Origin: Candidatus Thorarchaeota archaeon SMTZ1-45
GTDB taxonomy: Archaea > Asgardarchaeota > Thorarchaeia > Thorarchaeales > Thorarchaeaceae
Assembly: GCA_001563335.1 (NCBI GenBank)
Contig: LRSL01000024.1
Span: 1 to 59,167, forward strand
Length of the DNA: 59,167 nt
Reading direction: 5' to 3'
In this document: positions 55,178 to 59,167 of the stretch, in pieces
Layout: every line of letters begins with the position of its first letter
Numbering within the stretch: the first letter of the stretch is position 1
The notes under the pieces: model-generated
Seen by the model: only the letters and a program-made list of their open reading frames with translations
Databases searched by the model: none
What the model was told of the DNA's origin: nothing
Translations under genes and position numbers: made by a program

Positions 55178-55612
55178 TTAGGCAATCACAACATTGTTCA
55201 AATCAAAGTGACGACGTACTAGAATGCGTGCCCGGGCAACATTTCGACCCTCTCGACCAATAGCAATGCCGCGATCCTCAGTATTGACTGTCACTGAAGC
55301 AACTCTTGTACCATCACGTTGCTCTATGATTTTCACACTCTCGACTCTGGCTGGAGCTAGCGCGCTCATAACAAAAGCCTCAGCAGTTTCAGCCATCTCT
55401 ACAACATCAACAGGTCGACCAAAGGCTTCTGATGCAGCCTTGACATTTACTCCGCCACGACCAATTGCCTTTCCAAGTTGCTTTGGACGAACCACAACTA
55501 TGATTCGTTCCCCCTCATCATCACGGATGACATCAATTGCTGCAGCGCCTGTAATCTGTTCGAACCTGGCAATTAGAGCCATGTCCTCCATAGAGAGCTT
55601 AACTCGGCCCAA
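55178..55612 (-). CDS. nusA: Transcription factor NusA (two KH domains)
   Basis: GKAIGRGG.NV, GIAIGREG.NV. Confidence 0.95.
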   Translation of the reverse strand: MGRVKLSMEDMALIARFEQITGAAAIDVIRDDEGERIIVVVRPKQLGKAIGRGGVNVKAASEAFGRPVDVVEMAETAEAFVMSALAPARVESVKIIEQRDGTRVASVTVNTEDRGIAIGREGRNVARARILVRRHFDLNNVVIA

Positions 55613-55622
55613 TTGACTCGCC

Positions 55623-55916
55623 TCAAACCATCTTCAGAATCTTTGAGTCACCTGGTTTAATTACAGCTATGGCAGAAACCATGAATGGTTTACCTACAAC
55701 TTCACCCAAGTCCCAAGAAGTGCCTTCAAACTTCTGGACCTTAATATTAGCGAGTTTCGCGTATTGCTCTATGTCTTCTAACTCATCTGTGGGACAATTT
55801 GCTGCAATGACAACAAGTTTAGCCTTGCCAGTCTTAATGGCATCAATTGAAGACTTAACACCAATCTTGCACTCGCCTGTACTTACCGCACTTGCTATTG
55901 GTTGATTTAGGCTCAT
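55623..55916 (-). CDS. rpl30e: 50S ribosomal protein L30e
   Basis: AKLVVIAANCP, LG...GKPF, PGDSKI. Confidence 0.96.
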   Translation of the reverse strand: MSLNQPIASAVSTGECKIGVKSSIDAIKTGKAKLVVIAANCPTDELEDIEQYAKLANIKVQKFEGTSWDLGEVVGKPFMVSAIAVIKPGDSKILKMV

Positions 55917-56013
55917 TGTATGACCTCGTATGTGATTTGTTGGTAAACCCGAACTGGTTGCGTCAAATGATATTCTGTTTTAATGTTTCCGCCCTGACCT
56001 CAGTTTAAACTTC

Positions 56014-59167
<3,154 letters not shown>

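Overview
A 59 kb, mostly housekeeping chromosomal segment of an archaeon. It is very probably an Asgard archaeon (Thorarchaeota-like; inferred from gene content and eukaryote-like proteins). It carries translation and transcription operons (rpl44e-rps27e-aIF2a-nop10; rpoD-rpl18e-rpl13-rps9-rpoN-rps2; rpl7ae-rps28e-rpl24e; rpoA1-rpoA2-rpl30e-nusA-rps12-rps7; aIF5B; EF-1a), a DNA replication/repair cluster (topoisomerase IA, XPD, RadB, PolD DP2, RPA, Lhr, SWIM protein, phosphoesterase), lipid genes (carS, egsA, modified mevalonate pathway), folate/glycine-cleavage genes, SRP RNA, tRNA-Pro(CGG) and an intron-containing tRNA-Ser(GCT). Most notable: (i) a free-standing multi-HTH double-LAGLIDADG protein beside a divergent HTH gene at the left edge; (ii) a dispersed set of eukaryote-like N-glycosylation/translocon components (STT3-type AglB with an extra C-terminal domain, a DC2/OSTC-like protein, a Wbp1/GIFT-like protein ending in KKxx, Sec61-beta, a 38-aa single-TM microprotein); (iii) a PAC4-like protein; (iv) non-canonical SRP RNA helix 8 and tRNA-Pro A37; (v) frame-breaking deletions in rps2, rps9 and EF-1a, probably assembly errors. 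All family assignments come from motif recognition by eye; no searches were run.
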